Translations under genes and position numbers: made by a program
In this document: positions 47,600 through 61,305 of the stretch, piece after piece
Numbering within the stretch: the first letter of the stretch is position 1
Layout: each line of letters begins with the position of its first letter
Notes under the pieces: generated by a model
The model's input: the letters and a program-made list of their open reading frames with translations, nothing else
Told to the model about the DNA's origin: nothing
The model's database searches: none
Assembly (NCBI RefSeq): GCF_006345805.1
Contig: NC_043026.1
Coordinates: 5,084,001 to 5,148,000, forward strand
Length of the DNA: 64,000 nt
DNA from: Octopus sinensis
Lineage: Eukaryota
Reading direction: 5' to 3'

Positions 47600-48290
47600 T
47601 TATTACTGAGAGTCTCCTCTAATATGTGGCACTTGGTGAAGAATGGAGTTTGATGTTACTTATCCTCATTTGCACCTCTTGCCGTGAGGTAGGTTCATCT
47701 GGGACTCTCGACAGGAAGAGGTCCAGCTTTGATTCAAAAACCGCCACATCTACTCTGTGCAAGTTCTTCAGACTCTATGGGAGAATATTAAAAAGCTGTG
47801 GGTCCCTGAAACCCAGGCTGTTGCAGAAGCTGGTCCTGAAGTGTGATGGCATTGCTGGGATCTTTGGCACTATGCAGTGTTGTCCCGTTCTAGCATTGGT
47901 GTAGCTTACAATGCCAAAATTTGGCACAATTCCTTCCAGGATCTTCCAGATATATATTACTGCATACTTCTCCCGTCTTCTCTCCAGGGAGTAGAGTCTT
48001 AGCTGTTTCAACCTTTCCCAGTAGCTGAGCTGTTGCAAAGAGACGATCTTCTTTGTGAATCTTCTCTGGATTGCTTCACGGTCCGCTGTTAATTTCACAC
48101 TGGTGGGTGACCATAGCTGTGAGCAGTAATCCAGGCGGCTGAGGACGAATGTCCGCCAGAGGACCATCATGGTTTCCTTATCTCTGGTTCTGAATGTTCT
48201 TAGGATCCATCCAGCCAGTCGTTTGCACTTTGTCGCCATCTTGGTAATGTGCACTTGGAAAGAGGTATCCTCACTCATGTCGATACCCAG
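47600..48290 (-). mobile_element. CR1/L2-group LINE fragment (different family)
   Basis: GWILRTFRTRD..VLSRLDYCSQLWSP..EAIQRRFTK..YWERLKQLRLYSLERRRE. Confidence 0.85.
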
Positions 48291-49835
48291 GGTGCTAGAA
48301 ACAACAGCCAAATCTCCCTTAAATCACACACATTTTCCCTCGACCTCTTACAAAACATTTTGCCAACAAATTTCTTTTTAATCGTAATCTACATCGTTTG
48401 AAAGTTATTTCTATAAAATTTCATTCAAAAATACCCATTTCCTGAAATTTATGAGGAGGGAAAATGTCTGGTTGTGTGAATTTTGCGAAACTCCTTTCCG
48501 CAACCCTTCAGAAAATGTTTTTCCAACAAATCCTTACAAAAACTCAATCTATAGGATCTAAGCGATTATTTGTTGAAAGTTTCCTTAAAAAAAATATCTA
48601 TTTTTCTGCAAGTTATGAGGAAACAAAGTCGGTGGGGTATATATCTGTAGTTATGCCGAATTTGCTTCCTCACAACTTTCACAAAATTAAATATTTTTTA
48701 ATGAAATTTTCTACAAATATTCTTCAGATGGTTTAGATTCCGATTAAATCGGAATTCATTGTGAAAATCGCTTGTCCCTGGGTGGGAAACGCAGTTTCAG
48801 AAAATTCACAAGATTCGCCTTTGTTATGAAAGACAAAAAAGTTTTCCCAATAAATCCCCATAGAATCGGAATCCACACCATCTGAAGCATATTTGTAAGA
48901 AATTCCATGAAAAATATCCATTTCTCTGCAAGTTATTAGGGAAGAAGCATATACATCATCAAGGACATTTTACACATGTATATTTATATACCTACATATA
49001 CACACATGTCTTTGCTATGTTTTTTTAAACACATAAACTCATAGATGCATACTTTTATAATATTTAACACTTAAACCGCCCACAGGACAATATTTTAGAG
49101 TTGCTTCTAAAAGTGTCCTTCACGTTTTTTTATGAAAACGATACAAATTTCAGAGTATTTTGGCTGTTATTTTCTAGCATGATGTTAGGCCATCTATAGG
49201 ACAATATTCGACATGGATGCTTTGTAAATTGTCCTTCGATTTTTATTTGTGATGAAACAAAAATGTGAAGGTTTAGGTGGCTCTTTCTAGCATGAAATGA
49301 GACCTATACCAGGTCAATTTATTTATGAATGCTTCTTATCTGTCCTTCAAAATTTATATGAAAAATAAAGTGGTTTCTATTTCTAGCATGAAAATGACCA
49401 GCTATGGGAAGCCTTTACTGAATGCTTCTTAAAATGTCCTTCTCTTTTTTTATGAACCCCCAACAGCAACAACAACAACAACCTACGAGACGAAAGGCAA
49501 TGTTTGTGCGTGTGTGCAGTTGGAATGTCACTGCAACAACAACAACAACAACAATCTATTCTTATTAAACGTTATAAACAGTCAGATGCAGACTGCACAC
49601 ACGCACACACAACGCTGATGACGATGATGATGATGATGATGACGATGATGATGGTGGTGATGATGGCGGTGGTGATGATGATGACGATGATGATGCAGGT
49701 GGCGGTGGTGGTGGTGATGGAGGCGGTGGCGGTTGTCGTCTGCTGTTGTTGTTGTTGGTCGTCTGCCTTTTAATGGAGAATCAATGATTATGAAAGTCTC
49801 TGCTTTCGGACCAGACATTCCTATACATACATGCA

Positions 49836-49874
<39 letters not shown>

Positions 49875-50043
49875 TATATATGTAGCAACGATTTGCCTCA
49901 CCACACACTGAGTTTAGAAATAGCAGTCAAGAGTTATAGCTATTCCTTCTACTAAAAGGGAGATCTCAGTAAAACCACATCACTTAAAGGCAAAACGCAG
50001 GCAAGAGAGAAAGAAATAACGGCAATCATTCTATATTAAGTTA

Positions 50044-50135
50044 CCTACGGACGTACGTTTTCGAAGTTAAGTTTTAGGAAAGCATAAGAATTAGATAATT
50101 ATGTCTTACCCAACTATTCTTCTCATCAGCGTAGG
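50044..50135 (-). ncRNA. Minimal type I hammerhead ribozyme (family B), opposite-strand copy
   Basis: Reverse complement of 50588-50678 with one extra A after GAAA. Confidence 0.78.
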
Positions 50136-50587
50136 ACTCTACAATTATGAATAATTGTATATTAAATTTGGAGATACTAGAAGACATCACCTCACCCAAA
50201 GTATCAGAGTGAGTCAAAGCCGTTACTAGTATCGCCAAATTCAAAGTGTGAATGAAAGTTTGTGTCACCAACCCCTTCCTACCAGCGTGCCGCCAAGACA
50301 ATATGTTGTGGTCATTTACTGGGATGAAATATGGTTATCAGTAAAATATAGGGTGAAATCAATTAATTTGGAATAATCATTAATTTCACCAAGTAGATTT
50401 CGGCATGTAAAAAGCCCCATTCGAGGAAAGTTTAGTAATACTAAGTAATTAAGGGTTTAGCAACGATTTGCCTCACCACACACCACCAATTTAGAAATAG
50501 CAGTCAAAGATTATAGCTATTCCTTCTACTAAAAGGAGATCCAGTAAAACCACATCACTTAAAAGGCAAAACGCATAATTGTAGAGT

Positions 50588-50678
50588 CCTACGCTGATGA
50601 GAAGAATAGTTGGGTAAGACATAATTATCTAATTCTTATGCTTTCCTAAAACTTAACTTCGAAACGTACGTCCGTAGG
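50588..50678 (+). ncRNA. Minimal type I hammerhead ribozyme (family B)
   Basis: Stem I CCUACG/CGUAGG, CUGAUGA, stem II GAAG..CUUC, GAAA, AC[GUAC]GU, cleavage triplet GUC; fully canonical core. Confidence 0.88.
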
Positions 50679-50817
50679 TAACTTAATATAGAATGATTGC
50701 CGTCATTTCTTTCTCTCTTGCCTGCGTTTTGCCTTTTAAGTGATGTGGTTTTACTGAGATCTCCCTTTAAGTAGAAGGAATAGCTATAACTCTTTGACTG
50801 CTATTATTACTGATAAC

Positions 50818-50848
<31 letters not shown>

Positions 50849-51117
50849 CACACACAGAAACATACATACTTATAGCCTTATTTCTATATATACGTTCCTA
50901 AATATCTGTGTATATATATATAACACATGTATATATACTGTATAAATATACACTCACACACAAAGAGAGAGTGTTGAGAAATGTTACAACAATAAGTGTT
51001 AGTGTGTAGAATGCAATGTATGCGATGCAGGTTCGATTCACGGGCGAAGCCATTTACATCAACAACAATAAGAAGAAGAAGAAGAAAGATTTGAAGTTTA
51101 ATATTTCTGGAAATATT

Positions 51118-54100
51118 TATTTGTCAAAATAAAAGAAAGCAAAAGATTGACGTCCAGGAATAATTCCAAAACCATCAAAGAATTGTCTGAAACATCTAAA
51201 CAAAGAACTTCAAAGACTTCATTATCATACCCTCTGAGGAGTAAATATTTTGAATTATCTTTTAATTCCAGGATTTCATCATCTTCAGATGTTTCTCTTC
51301 AATATGTTGAGGTATTTCGTAAATATTGTTTATGAAATCTGTTATATAAACACATTCACCAATTATGGTCAGACGAGCTCTTGGAATATAGTATTCTGGA
51401 TCATAAAAACATTCTTTCTTCTATTCTTATCCTCCTCACCAAAGACTTTTCCTGAACCATTCCACAAAAAAAAAAAACCTCCCACCCTCCAAACCTCCTC
51501 TTCTTTGTCTCCCTCCTCAAAACAACAACATCACCAAAGATGTGACTCCCACACCATCCACCCCTTCATCTTCCTCCAACCTTCTCCATCTCCTCACCTT
51601 CCCACGACACACTCCATCTTTACATTTCCCATCATTGATATCAACCACATCCACATAATAAGGGTCAAAGATGTCGGGGTCATCGCAATATAGTAATACT
51701 TGTTGTTTCTCCATATTCTTTTGTATTTCTTGTCTCCCTTTTCTTGAGTTATGTCTCTAATATAATGACCACCACACACGAGTTGATTGTCGTTGTATTT
51801 ATAATCCTGTTGTAGTATTTCTCAGTTTTTATGGTTTTTAAACCACAGAGATCCCTGTCAAAGACCCTCATTTCTCTCCCAAAGGCGACAATGAAACATT
51901 CCTCTGTCCACCGACATATGTCCAGTGCTGGTCGTTGTTGTTGTTTCATGTTGAAGTATGTCCACTGTTGTTGTTGTTGTTGTTCTGATTAAGTGACCAC
52001 TTTCTCGAAACATCAACACACTCACATTCTCATCTAACTTAATTAGTTTACTGTTCCGGTCCTTAATGTCCCTCAAATCGTAATCAACAGGTTCCTCGTA
52101 TGCAGGAATGGAAAAAGGACCATTGCTGTCCTATAGAAGTCCGCCGCACTGATAGTTCATCAATTCCTGAATTATTAATCTCTGCTATGTAATTACCACA
52201 TCTCACCTTTAATCTACCTTACTATTATTTCACCTGATTTACCTCTTCTTCCTCCTCCATCTCCATCTCCTCCTCTGTATTCCAAGTTGTTAATTAATTC
52301 ATTACTGAATATTTCCTTGTTCGTTTCAGATGTAATGGAAGGAAACGAAGACCAGAATCAAGATTTAATAACGACCAGATTCCAGAATGTTCACTTGTCC
52401 CCCATCAATCTTTATGCAATGACATTCAATCAATTCATTATGTACACACCAGTAATACCCGCCACTTTTCTCCCTATTACACCATACGGGATGAGACTCG
52501 ACAAACTTGAGATGTCTGCAAATCTCCCCATTCAGTTGAAATATTTCTTTCCTTTTAGGACCGTGGCCATTATGTGTGATTCTTGTGTAAAACACACACC
52601 ACCAACTAAACTTGCAAACTTTCTGTGACGTAGCAACTGGCCGTCGTCATCGAATATTTAACATTTCCATTATTGGCTTTTTCACACACAACTGTCTTTC
52701 CTTCCTCAGAGACATCAAAATCTTTTACTTGAACAGGACATTCGTCTGTTGTAAACGAGCAACCGGGAAACTGTCTCGATTCACCATAAACAACCCTTCA
52801 ACATACAATTCATTACTTTCTTTTCCCTCCTGGGGCTTCCAACGAACCTTGGTCCTTTACAGTCTATACTGGAGAAATATACTTTATCTTTATAAATTCT
52901 TTCATTTAAAAATATTCTCTTGTATTCCCCATTCTGGGTCAACACACAAATGTTTCGATATCCAGATGACTAAAACATTTCTCCCACTCACCATAAATGT
53001 ACAAAAAACTGTCATCAATTGTCATCCTGTCATCACTACCAAGATAATCCATGTAGTGTCTGACTGAATGTAAATATTGACCATTACTGTTGAAGAAATG
53101 ATGACTCTTTCGTTGAAGACAATGATGACATCTTCATCAGTAACTTAATATCCCGGATTCTATCAGAATAATTTCCATCTTCTTTTCTCCTTATTAATGG
53201 TTCAGGTATGTCTATTTTTTTTTATTTCCTCCACCTCACTGAATGTATTTCATCAAGATCAACAAATGCAAATGTCTTACATCTCTTTCGATTCACTAAA
53301 AACCAGTTGATTGTTTGATAAAGAAGCCACACATTCATAATTATTTCTTGTTTGATAAATTACCAACGACAATGGAAATTCCACTTTTAATGTCAACAGT
53401 TGGAGTTTATCATCATCTTCAGCATCCCCAGTCATAATGACCAGTGTGTTTGACTGCCATTGACACATTTAATATAATCATAACATTCACTTTGATTGAA
53501 TCCAAAAGCTGACCATCCAATGTGAATATCTTAATGTTTCCATTCTCCCTGTCACATACTGCAATCAGATTATTTTCAGTAAGAACCAAAGATATAATCC
53601 TCGCTGGTCTTTTGTCTCCCAAATTTTAGGGAGAGGAATATGTCTGGCTTTATCAGAAACTGTCATGTCCTGTAGATATAAAGTGGAAGACAACATTTCA
53701 CTGAGAGAAATTTTCTGGAAAATACATCCACCAGGTCGATATAATAATTTAGTTGATTATTAGTACGAGATCATTAACCAACAAATTCTGATCGTTTATG
53801 GCAAACATACGCGGCTCTGTCTATCAGATAAACAGACGTTTGGTCAATAGATCCACCTTGGAGACTGAGGGGGACGTTTTCACTTGGGACATTAAAACAC
53901 TGGGGACCATCTGACGACCGCCCTGACCACCACCACCTATTGTAGTGTTGTACTGAAAAGCTTTTCCCCTAGTAACAATAATAGCTTTTCTGTTTCTTGT
54001 CTATTGATAATGATTCACAACACACAGGGATTAATTGTCTTAATTACTTTCAACTTGATTATAATAATTGATAGCTAAAATGTCTAAATGTGATGGTTTA

Positions 54101-56603
54101 TCACAATAACAAACAATTTCACCTTCACCCATCTTACACACCCGTACATAAGGCTTCCTTAATGATACACTTCTCACTGTCTTTGATAGTTTCCGATCAC
54201 CCTTAATTGTTTCTGTAGGGGTAATGTGACCCCTATATGATTAGAATCCCATCGACATATATCTGTGGCTGTAGACGGCAGAGATAATCTAGACACAATG
54301 TCTCCTTCCTCAGAAATGTACAACAAGCAATCATGGTTGATGTCAGACACCACCAACTGTCCATTGGACAGATTACATATTTCGCCAATGACAAGTTTTT
54401 GGTCATTCTCCTTTCTTTGAGTCGTAGATTTAGATTTCTGATGTAAGGATTTTTAATGGGTAAAAGACAGCCAGACGACCGGTCATGATTCTTATAAGAA
54501 GAACCCTGTTGAGTTGAGTGTCCGGGACATAAAGAGTTCCTTGGAAAACAGCAATGTGAGGGTGAACAGGGAAAGGCAGTTCCCACTGCCATTTCATTTG
54601 TCCATATAGCTCGTAACATCTGAGAATAGAGTATCTCCTGAAGAGGACATAGAAATAAACATTATCAGAGTAGATGTGATGAGGGTGGCCATAGAATGGA
54701 AGGTATTTTTGAAAAGTTTTTCTCCACATGTGGAATAAAATACCATTTTATTTTCGTTTTCATCTACGACTACAAAATTAATTGGAGTTGCAGCAATGCT
54801 GACATTATGATGTCCCAGAAAAATTCGTTCAGCAATGTCAACTTTATCTTCGTTGATCAATAAGATATGGACCCCTCGCTTTTGTTTTCAGTGGTGGTCA
54901 CAGCCAAACTTATTTGATACAATATGACATATTTTCATGTAACCAGTTTTGCACCTTTATTAAAGGGCCTTTTCTTAGTTCAGGACAGGTGATATACTGA
55001 AACCCTTTCATTTCAGGATAAATACCAGGAATCTGTTTGCGTTTATTCTACAACAGAAAGAAGGAAGCTCAAGGAAAACTGAATTATTTTGGTTAATTAT
55101 TTCCCCGTTATCAGTGAATAATTTAGCTTTCTTGTTTTTGTAAATTATTAATATAGAAGATGTAGACATAGGTAAATATTTGTAATGTTGTAGCAATCCT
55201 CAATATAAATATAGTTGTTCAATGTGGGGTCCATAGCTTGGGGTTTATGACTGCCTGGGCCAAAAGCTTCATTTGTTCCAATGATATGAAGGACATCAAA
55301 ATAATCGGTTACAAAAATTTTTCTTTGCCAACAGAAATATGGCGGCATTTCATGCCAATTTCTCTTGTTGTCACAGCACCTGTACCTGATATCCGATAAA
55401 TAATATGTCCCTGAAGGACATAAAAATGGTTTTGGTACACAGAGATGTGGCTTGGAATGTCCAGGGAATTGGTATCCACCTCAAATAACTGCTGGCCATC
55501 CACATTGTAACAGGTAACCCTGTTAATATTGGAAAAGGATACTAAGAGTTTATTTTGTGCTCCTACAGCAATATCTGAAGGGGTTTCTTTGGTTATGAAT
55601 TCGTATTTTATTCTATTCTCTTCCCAGTCAATGACGTATATGGTCCGACCAAACATTTCTACACCTATAAGCGTAGAATGTTCCAAATAAGAAACCAAGA
55701 TTAATCCTAGCTGAATTCTTTTGATTCGCAAACTTAAAGGGTTGATAATAAGAATCATCTTTCGAAATGGGATGGTGGCGAGGACTGTGTCTTTACTGAT
55801 TCTGGTAAAATCAGTGACGGAGATGAGCAATAAACTTCATTTCTGTTGCCGTCTCTTGTTATACAACATATTGACATATAATGGCGGGAATATGTTACAA
55901 TACCCCCTTGTATGACGACAATATTGGATATTGTTTGCTTAAGTCTTCACCAGATTCCTCAATCTCTACTTCTCTGGTCACAACTGGCCGAAGAGGACGA
56001 AATTTTGTGATTACTTTTGGTGGTTCTATGGTCTTGTGGTTGTATGGGTTACAGGTGACATAAATGTCAAAGAGTCTTTGTTGAAACCAATCAAGATTTT
56101 GGTGAACAAAATCATTATTTTGTTCTGCAAATTCCAGAAATCTTGGCATTTTACGTTTGATATTACGTAGATTCGAGATCCATTTAAACCCAGAGAGTCC
56201 ATGTGATTACATTTATCCTTTACATAATCTATAAACGTATTGATGTGGTCTGTTTTGATTAGTGTTCGGTAACATGTCACAATATGAAGGAAACTTGGTA
56301 ACATGGACTTTTCCTGTTCTTTAGATTTCTTTCTGTCTTTTCTTTCCTGTTCTTCTGTTTTCTTTGTGTTTGTGTGTATGTAATATTTGGGTAAGAATTG
56401 GTGTAGTTCCTTATAAATTGCTGTTGCATCACAGACTGTGGTGGGAATGAGAGCCAACATTTTGTTTTCTTCATTAATCTTCTCCTTTTATGAATATAGA
56501 ATTATTATCTTTTTCTGTTAAATATATTCTTTTCTGTGGATTTTGTTTTCTTCCTTTGGAATACAATTTATCTCTTCAAAATTCACTAATTTTTACATGA
56601 AAG
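51118..56603 (-). pseudogene. Propeller gene copy 2, large exon fragmented by many 1-bp indels (pseudogene or assembly error)
   Basis: Collinear homology with 6208-11664. ORF fragments match the copy 1 peptides; the junction AFQYNTTIGGGGQGGRQMVPSVL is in frame; acceptor ttttcattttatttcag at 56604. Confidence 0.8.
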
Positions 56604-58427
56604 CTGAAATAAAATGAAAACTTTATTAGTTTTGTGAAAAGCTTTTGGTAAAAATAATATTTACTTGATTCATTCAAAGAATTTCAAGGAAAACACACAC
56701 ATTTCATTAAATATATTAAACAAATTGTTTATTTGACAGTGAAGTTAAACATTTAACTGTTTCCAATGGAATAATCATTAGAAATAAAACTTGAAGATAT
56801 AAATACACCATTATCTTTATTGACTGAATATAAGTGATGGTGAAAAGTTTTGTAGTAAGAAGGAATATAAATATTTTGTTGAGGTTATTCTACAGATATT
56901 ATCGGTAGAAATTATAGCCAGGACTGATTTCCTGCTACAACATTTCATATCGAAATGTCAGATGGAAACAAACAATGAGATCAAAGAGAAAAACATCTGT
57001 TGTTTGTTCTCATTGTGTATCTCATTGTTTGTTTACATCTGACATCTCGATAGGAAAGGCTTTAGCAAAAATCAGAGCCAACCATAATTTCTATGGAATA
57101 TCAATAGAATAATGTGAAAAACACTGCTACAAAGTAGAATGTGGTGTTGACTTCTAAAACGATTTAATATATTTTACAGGAATTTATGTTGCATAATGAA
57201 ATACCACGTCCTACAAATCAGGAATATAAGTATTATTAATAATTATATGCACTGGAAATGATGTGACAGTCATGGTTGGCTTGGTTTCCATCATATTTAC
57301 CTGGATTCACAGATACAATAAAGCTGGAGATGAAACTGTTCTTAACCTGACAAATGCTGTAAATCTCTTGACATTTCAATATAATCCACACAATTATCAT
57401 ACACAACATTGATTAACTCGGAAAGCTTATCCAAAGATGGCTTTCATATAATCACACTGATAGACAGCATGTTGAGAGGATCGTTATTTTTGTTGCTGAT
57501 TGAGATAATAAAGATTGGTTAATGAATAAGCCTAATTAGTGAAAGGTAGGTTCCTCCTAATTATCTTTTAATATAAGGACAATGTTTGGGTAGCAATGAG
57601 AAAGATGTGTCTGTATGAAAAAGGGGTTTGGCAGGTGAAGTGTGTTTTTTGTTTTGTGTTAGGTGAGGAGTTATAACTTGGTGTAGTTTATTATGAAGTG
57701 TTGGGGGTTTAATGAGGTGGATTAGGAAATATTGGTGGGGTGTTTTTAATGACATTCTGGTGACCCATCATCATCAGAATGATCCTCCACTGCCTCCTTG
57801 GTCTATGAAATAATGACTGTTACTCTATTGACCCCAGGAGGAATGAAAATAAAAGAGACCTTCTTCAGGATATACATACATATATATGTATATATGATAG
57901 AATGAATGTGTATAATATATACACAAGGATGCACATATGTATATTTATACATCCATACGTCTGTATGTATGATGATCATCATTTTACCCCACCCTTTCCA
58001 TGCTGGAATGGGTTGGATGTTCAGAGAATATCTTGCCTGAAGTTACATTTTTCTGGTTTTTCTTTCTACAGCTGGATGCTCTTCCTGACACCAACCACTG
58101 CACGATGTGTACTGGGTGCATCTTATGGCACCATCACTAGAGACAATCGCCTTCCTTGACGAAACTAAGGTTCCCCTCAATCTCTGGGTGTGACATATAC
58201 CTTGGGATGTGTGAGAGATCTAGGGTAATAAATATATGCAAAGGAGTGGCTGAGTGTTGGGGAGAGACCCAGGTAGGTCCAGTAACATCCCTAGTTTCAT
58301 TGGAAGAATGGTGAAGAGAAGAGATTTACTGCCAATCTTTGTCACAGCAGTAAGATAGTAGAGTAAAAAGAAGAAGAGAGAGTGATTGAAAGATGAAAGA
58401 TAGAGGTAGGGGTGATAGGGGCATGGC

Positions 58428-58841
58428 ATATTTATTTTTATTTTTTTTTGTTTTACTTGTTTCAGTCATTTGACTGTGGCCATGCTGGAGCACCGCCTTT
58501 AGTCGAGCAAATCGACCCCTGGACTTATTCTTTGTAAGCCCAGTACTTATTCTATCGGTCTCTTTTTGCCGAACCACTAAGTGACGGGGACGTAAACACA
58601 CCAGCATCGGTTGTCAAGCAATGCTAGGAGGACAAACACAGACACTCAGACACACACACATATATATATATACATATATACGACAGGCTTCTTTCAGTTT
58701 CGTCTACCAAATCCACTCACAAGGCATTGGTCGGCCCGGGGCTATAGCAGAAGACACTTGCCCAAGATGCCACGCAGTGGGACTAAACCCGAACCATGAG
58801 TTTGGTTAGCAAGCTACTTACCATACAGCCACTCCTGCGCC
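58428..58841 (-). mobile_element. Full-length tRNA-derived SINE, absent at the paralogous position in copy 1
   Basis: Head ggcgcaggagtggctgtatggtaag..gggtttagtcccactg, central (TG) tract and A-rich tail. Confidence 0.8.
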
Positions 58842-59375
58842 TGTATGTATATATATATATATATTCTTTTATTCTTATACTTGTTTCAGTCATTTGACTG
58901 TGACCATACTGGAGCACCACCTTTAGTCGAGGAAATCGACCCCAGGACTTATTCTTTGTAAGCCTAGTACTTATTCAATTGGTGTCTTTTGCTGAATAAC
59001 TAAGTTACAGGGATGTAAACACACCAACATCGGTTGTCAAGCACTGTTGGTGGGACAAAAATAAAGACACAATTATGTACCTATTTGATTTCCTATCTTA
59101 AATTTCTGTAAAATTGATTTACAAACTTTGAATTTTCCATGAAAAATAAAATCTAAAACTTTTTGTCATTAAATATAATTTACATTTTCTTTCTTTAGAA
59201 TTCATCAAATATTTTTGAAATTGTTCAAAAAAATATAAACTTTCTCTTCTTGTAAAAGTATTTGAAATCCTGGACACATTTTTTATAGTTTATAAAATGG
59301 TTGGAGGAAATTAGCACAAACGTGAAGAGTGTGTGTATATATGTATGTATACAAGTGTGTATCTCTCTCTCTCTC

Positions 59376-59414
<39 letters not shown>

Positions 59415-60508
59415 TTTCCATCATTTAATCATTAGTACTTGCTGTTTAATTAAAATATCAACTCCATTTCCTAATTTAGATGATCCACAAATAGATTCGG
59501 TTAAAATATTTACCGGACTTTATAAGAAATGTTGGTGCTAATACAATCAGTTAAATACATAAAGGCAATGCTCCAGCATGGCCATGGTTCAATAACTAAA
59601 GGAGTAAAACACATCAGCCACACATTACATATATAACTTGAAATCTTTACTTCACCACGACCACCACCATTTAGTCTGATTTTTTTATTTCAATATTAAA
59701 CTTTGTATATAAATGGAATTGTTCTGGTGATTTCATTTCTATTTTATATCTTGAAGCAAACAAGAAGAATTGTTTAAATATTAAACAATTTGGTGACAAC
59801 ATATATTTTCTCTCTCAGCACATCTTTATCCTACATCAACATTTTAATGTGCAATGCATTAAATATGTTTTCTCACCATCTTCAATATTATTTATTAGAT
59901 GGATGGCTTCTGGGAAATATTTCACATTGTCTGCATTTAATATAAACTCTATTACAAACCAACAACAAAGTCCCCCAAAAATGCCCCTAAAAGAGGATTT
60001 CTCTGATGTATATTAGGTCTCTTGATTTGAGAATGTCTTTCTTCCATTCCCCACTCTTGAAGACCCTGGAAATATAAAGGGCCATCGGCAAGGACCTTCT
60101 ACCTTGACTAAACTTTGAAAAACATTAAATTTACTAAAAACAATTTAACAGCCATAAAATTGATTTACAAATTTTAAATTTCACTTGAGAATTAGAAATC
60201 TACTGGAAACAACTTAAAATGCTGTATCCTTAGATGAACATTTCCATTTCCTTAATTTCCATCAAATAGTTTTGACCTTGTCATAACCAAACTATTCTTT
60301 ATATTATATTCCGGAAATGAAATGTTTTGCTTATAATGTAACTCTGTGAAATGTTTGAACAGTTTCTAGTATGAAAAATACTGCCTGAAAATAAAACAAT
60401 TTTCAACATAACAGCATAATTATGTTTGAAATAGTTGTAAGGAATATTTCACACTGTAAATGTGTTAATGAAGTTGTTAATGAAGATAATTATCACAAAA
60501 GTACTTAC

Positions 60509-60617
60509 TTGAGTCAATAATTGCGTTTGAATTTCAGCCTGAAGTCTTTCTGTCTGTGAGTTCAGTTGAAAGAACGGGCAAAAATGTGATAATCCCTACT
60601 GATGAGGCTTATTTATA
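60509..60617 (-). promoter_or_regulatory. Candidate TATA promoter and exon 1 of propeller gene copy 2
   Basis: cttcttcctgctattTATAAATA..ttcaggct..CAA|GTAAGT (consensus donor); homologous to 22455-22580. Confidence 0.55.
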
Positions 60618-60840
60618 AATAGCAGGAAGAAGTGGGCATTAACGCCTCGTGTGTGTGGGTGTGTAGTGTGAAATTTGCACACAAGCTGTTATGTATTTGA
60701 TCACGTAGACAAATGATAAAGCCTAGACATGTCCTACATGTGTGTCTCTATATCATGTCTATATATATGTATATATACTCGTATATATGGATGTGTGTGT
60801 GTGCTAGGTTCCCACTACAGGGAAAAAGAGATAAATACTT

Positions 60841-60875
<35 letters not shown>

Positions 60876-61246
60876 AATGTACATACAATTATTTCTGTGT
60901 GCATAGATAGATGCGTATTTACATATATATATAAATATAATACATACACATATATATATAATATATTTAGTATGTGTGTGTGTGTGTATAGTATCTGCCT
61001 CCAGTCTAGTGATTAAGCAACTGCTATAATTAACAGTATTACTAATTACGACATACAAAGCAAATACACTGAGAAACTATTTATATATATGTATATATAT
61101 ACGATGGGCTTCTTTCAGTTTCCATCTACTAAATCCACTCAAGTCTTTGCTCGGCCCAAAGACACTTGCCCAAGGTGCCATGCAATGGGACTGAACCCAC
61201 AACCGTGTGGTTGGGAAGCAAGCTTCTTACTACAAAGGCACCCCTG

Positions 61247-61305
<59 letters not shown>

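Larger units (their letters stand above)
49883..50817 (-). mobile_element. Non-coding hammerhead element (retrozyme/PLE pLTR-like): direct repeat plus inverted terminal copy, inserted in (TA)n
   Basis: X (49883-50000) repeats at 50458-50574; 50575-50805 is the reverse complement of ~49915-50146. Absent from the paralogous (TA)n at ~5921-5946. Confidence 0.85.
48290..60640. repeat. Segmental duplication, copy 2
   Basis: See copy 1; same orientation. Confidence 0.92.

Noticed and set aside
50385-50435. Possible second ribozyme (GGC..GCC-GAAA) in the 50-kb element
   Set aside because: No CUGANGA core.
60598-60630. CTGATGA followed by a short hairpin
   Set aside because: No GAAA or stem I/III; it overlaps the candidate TATA box instead.
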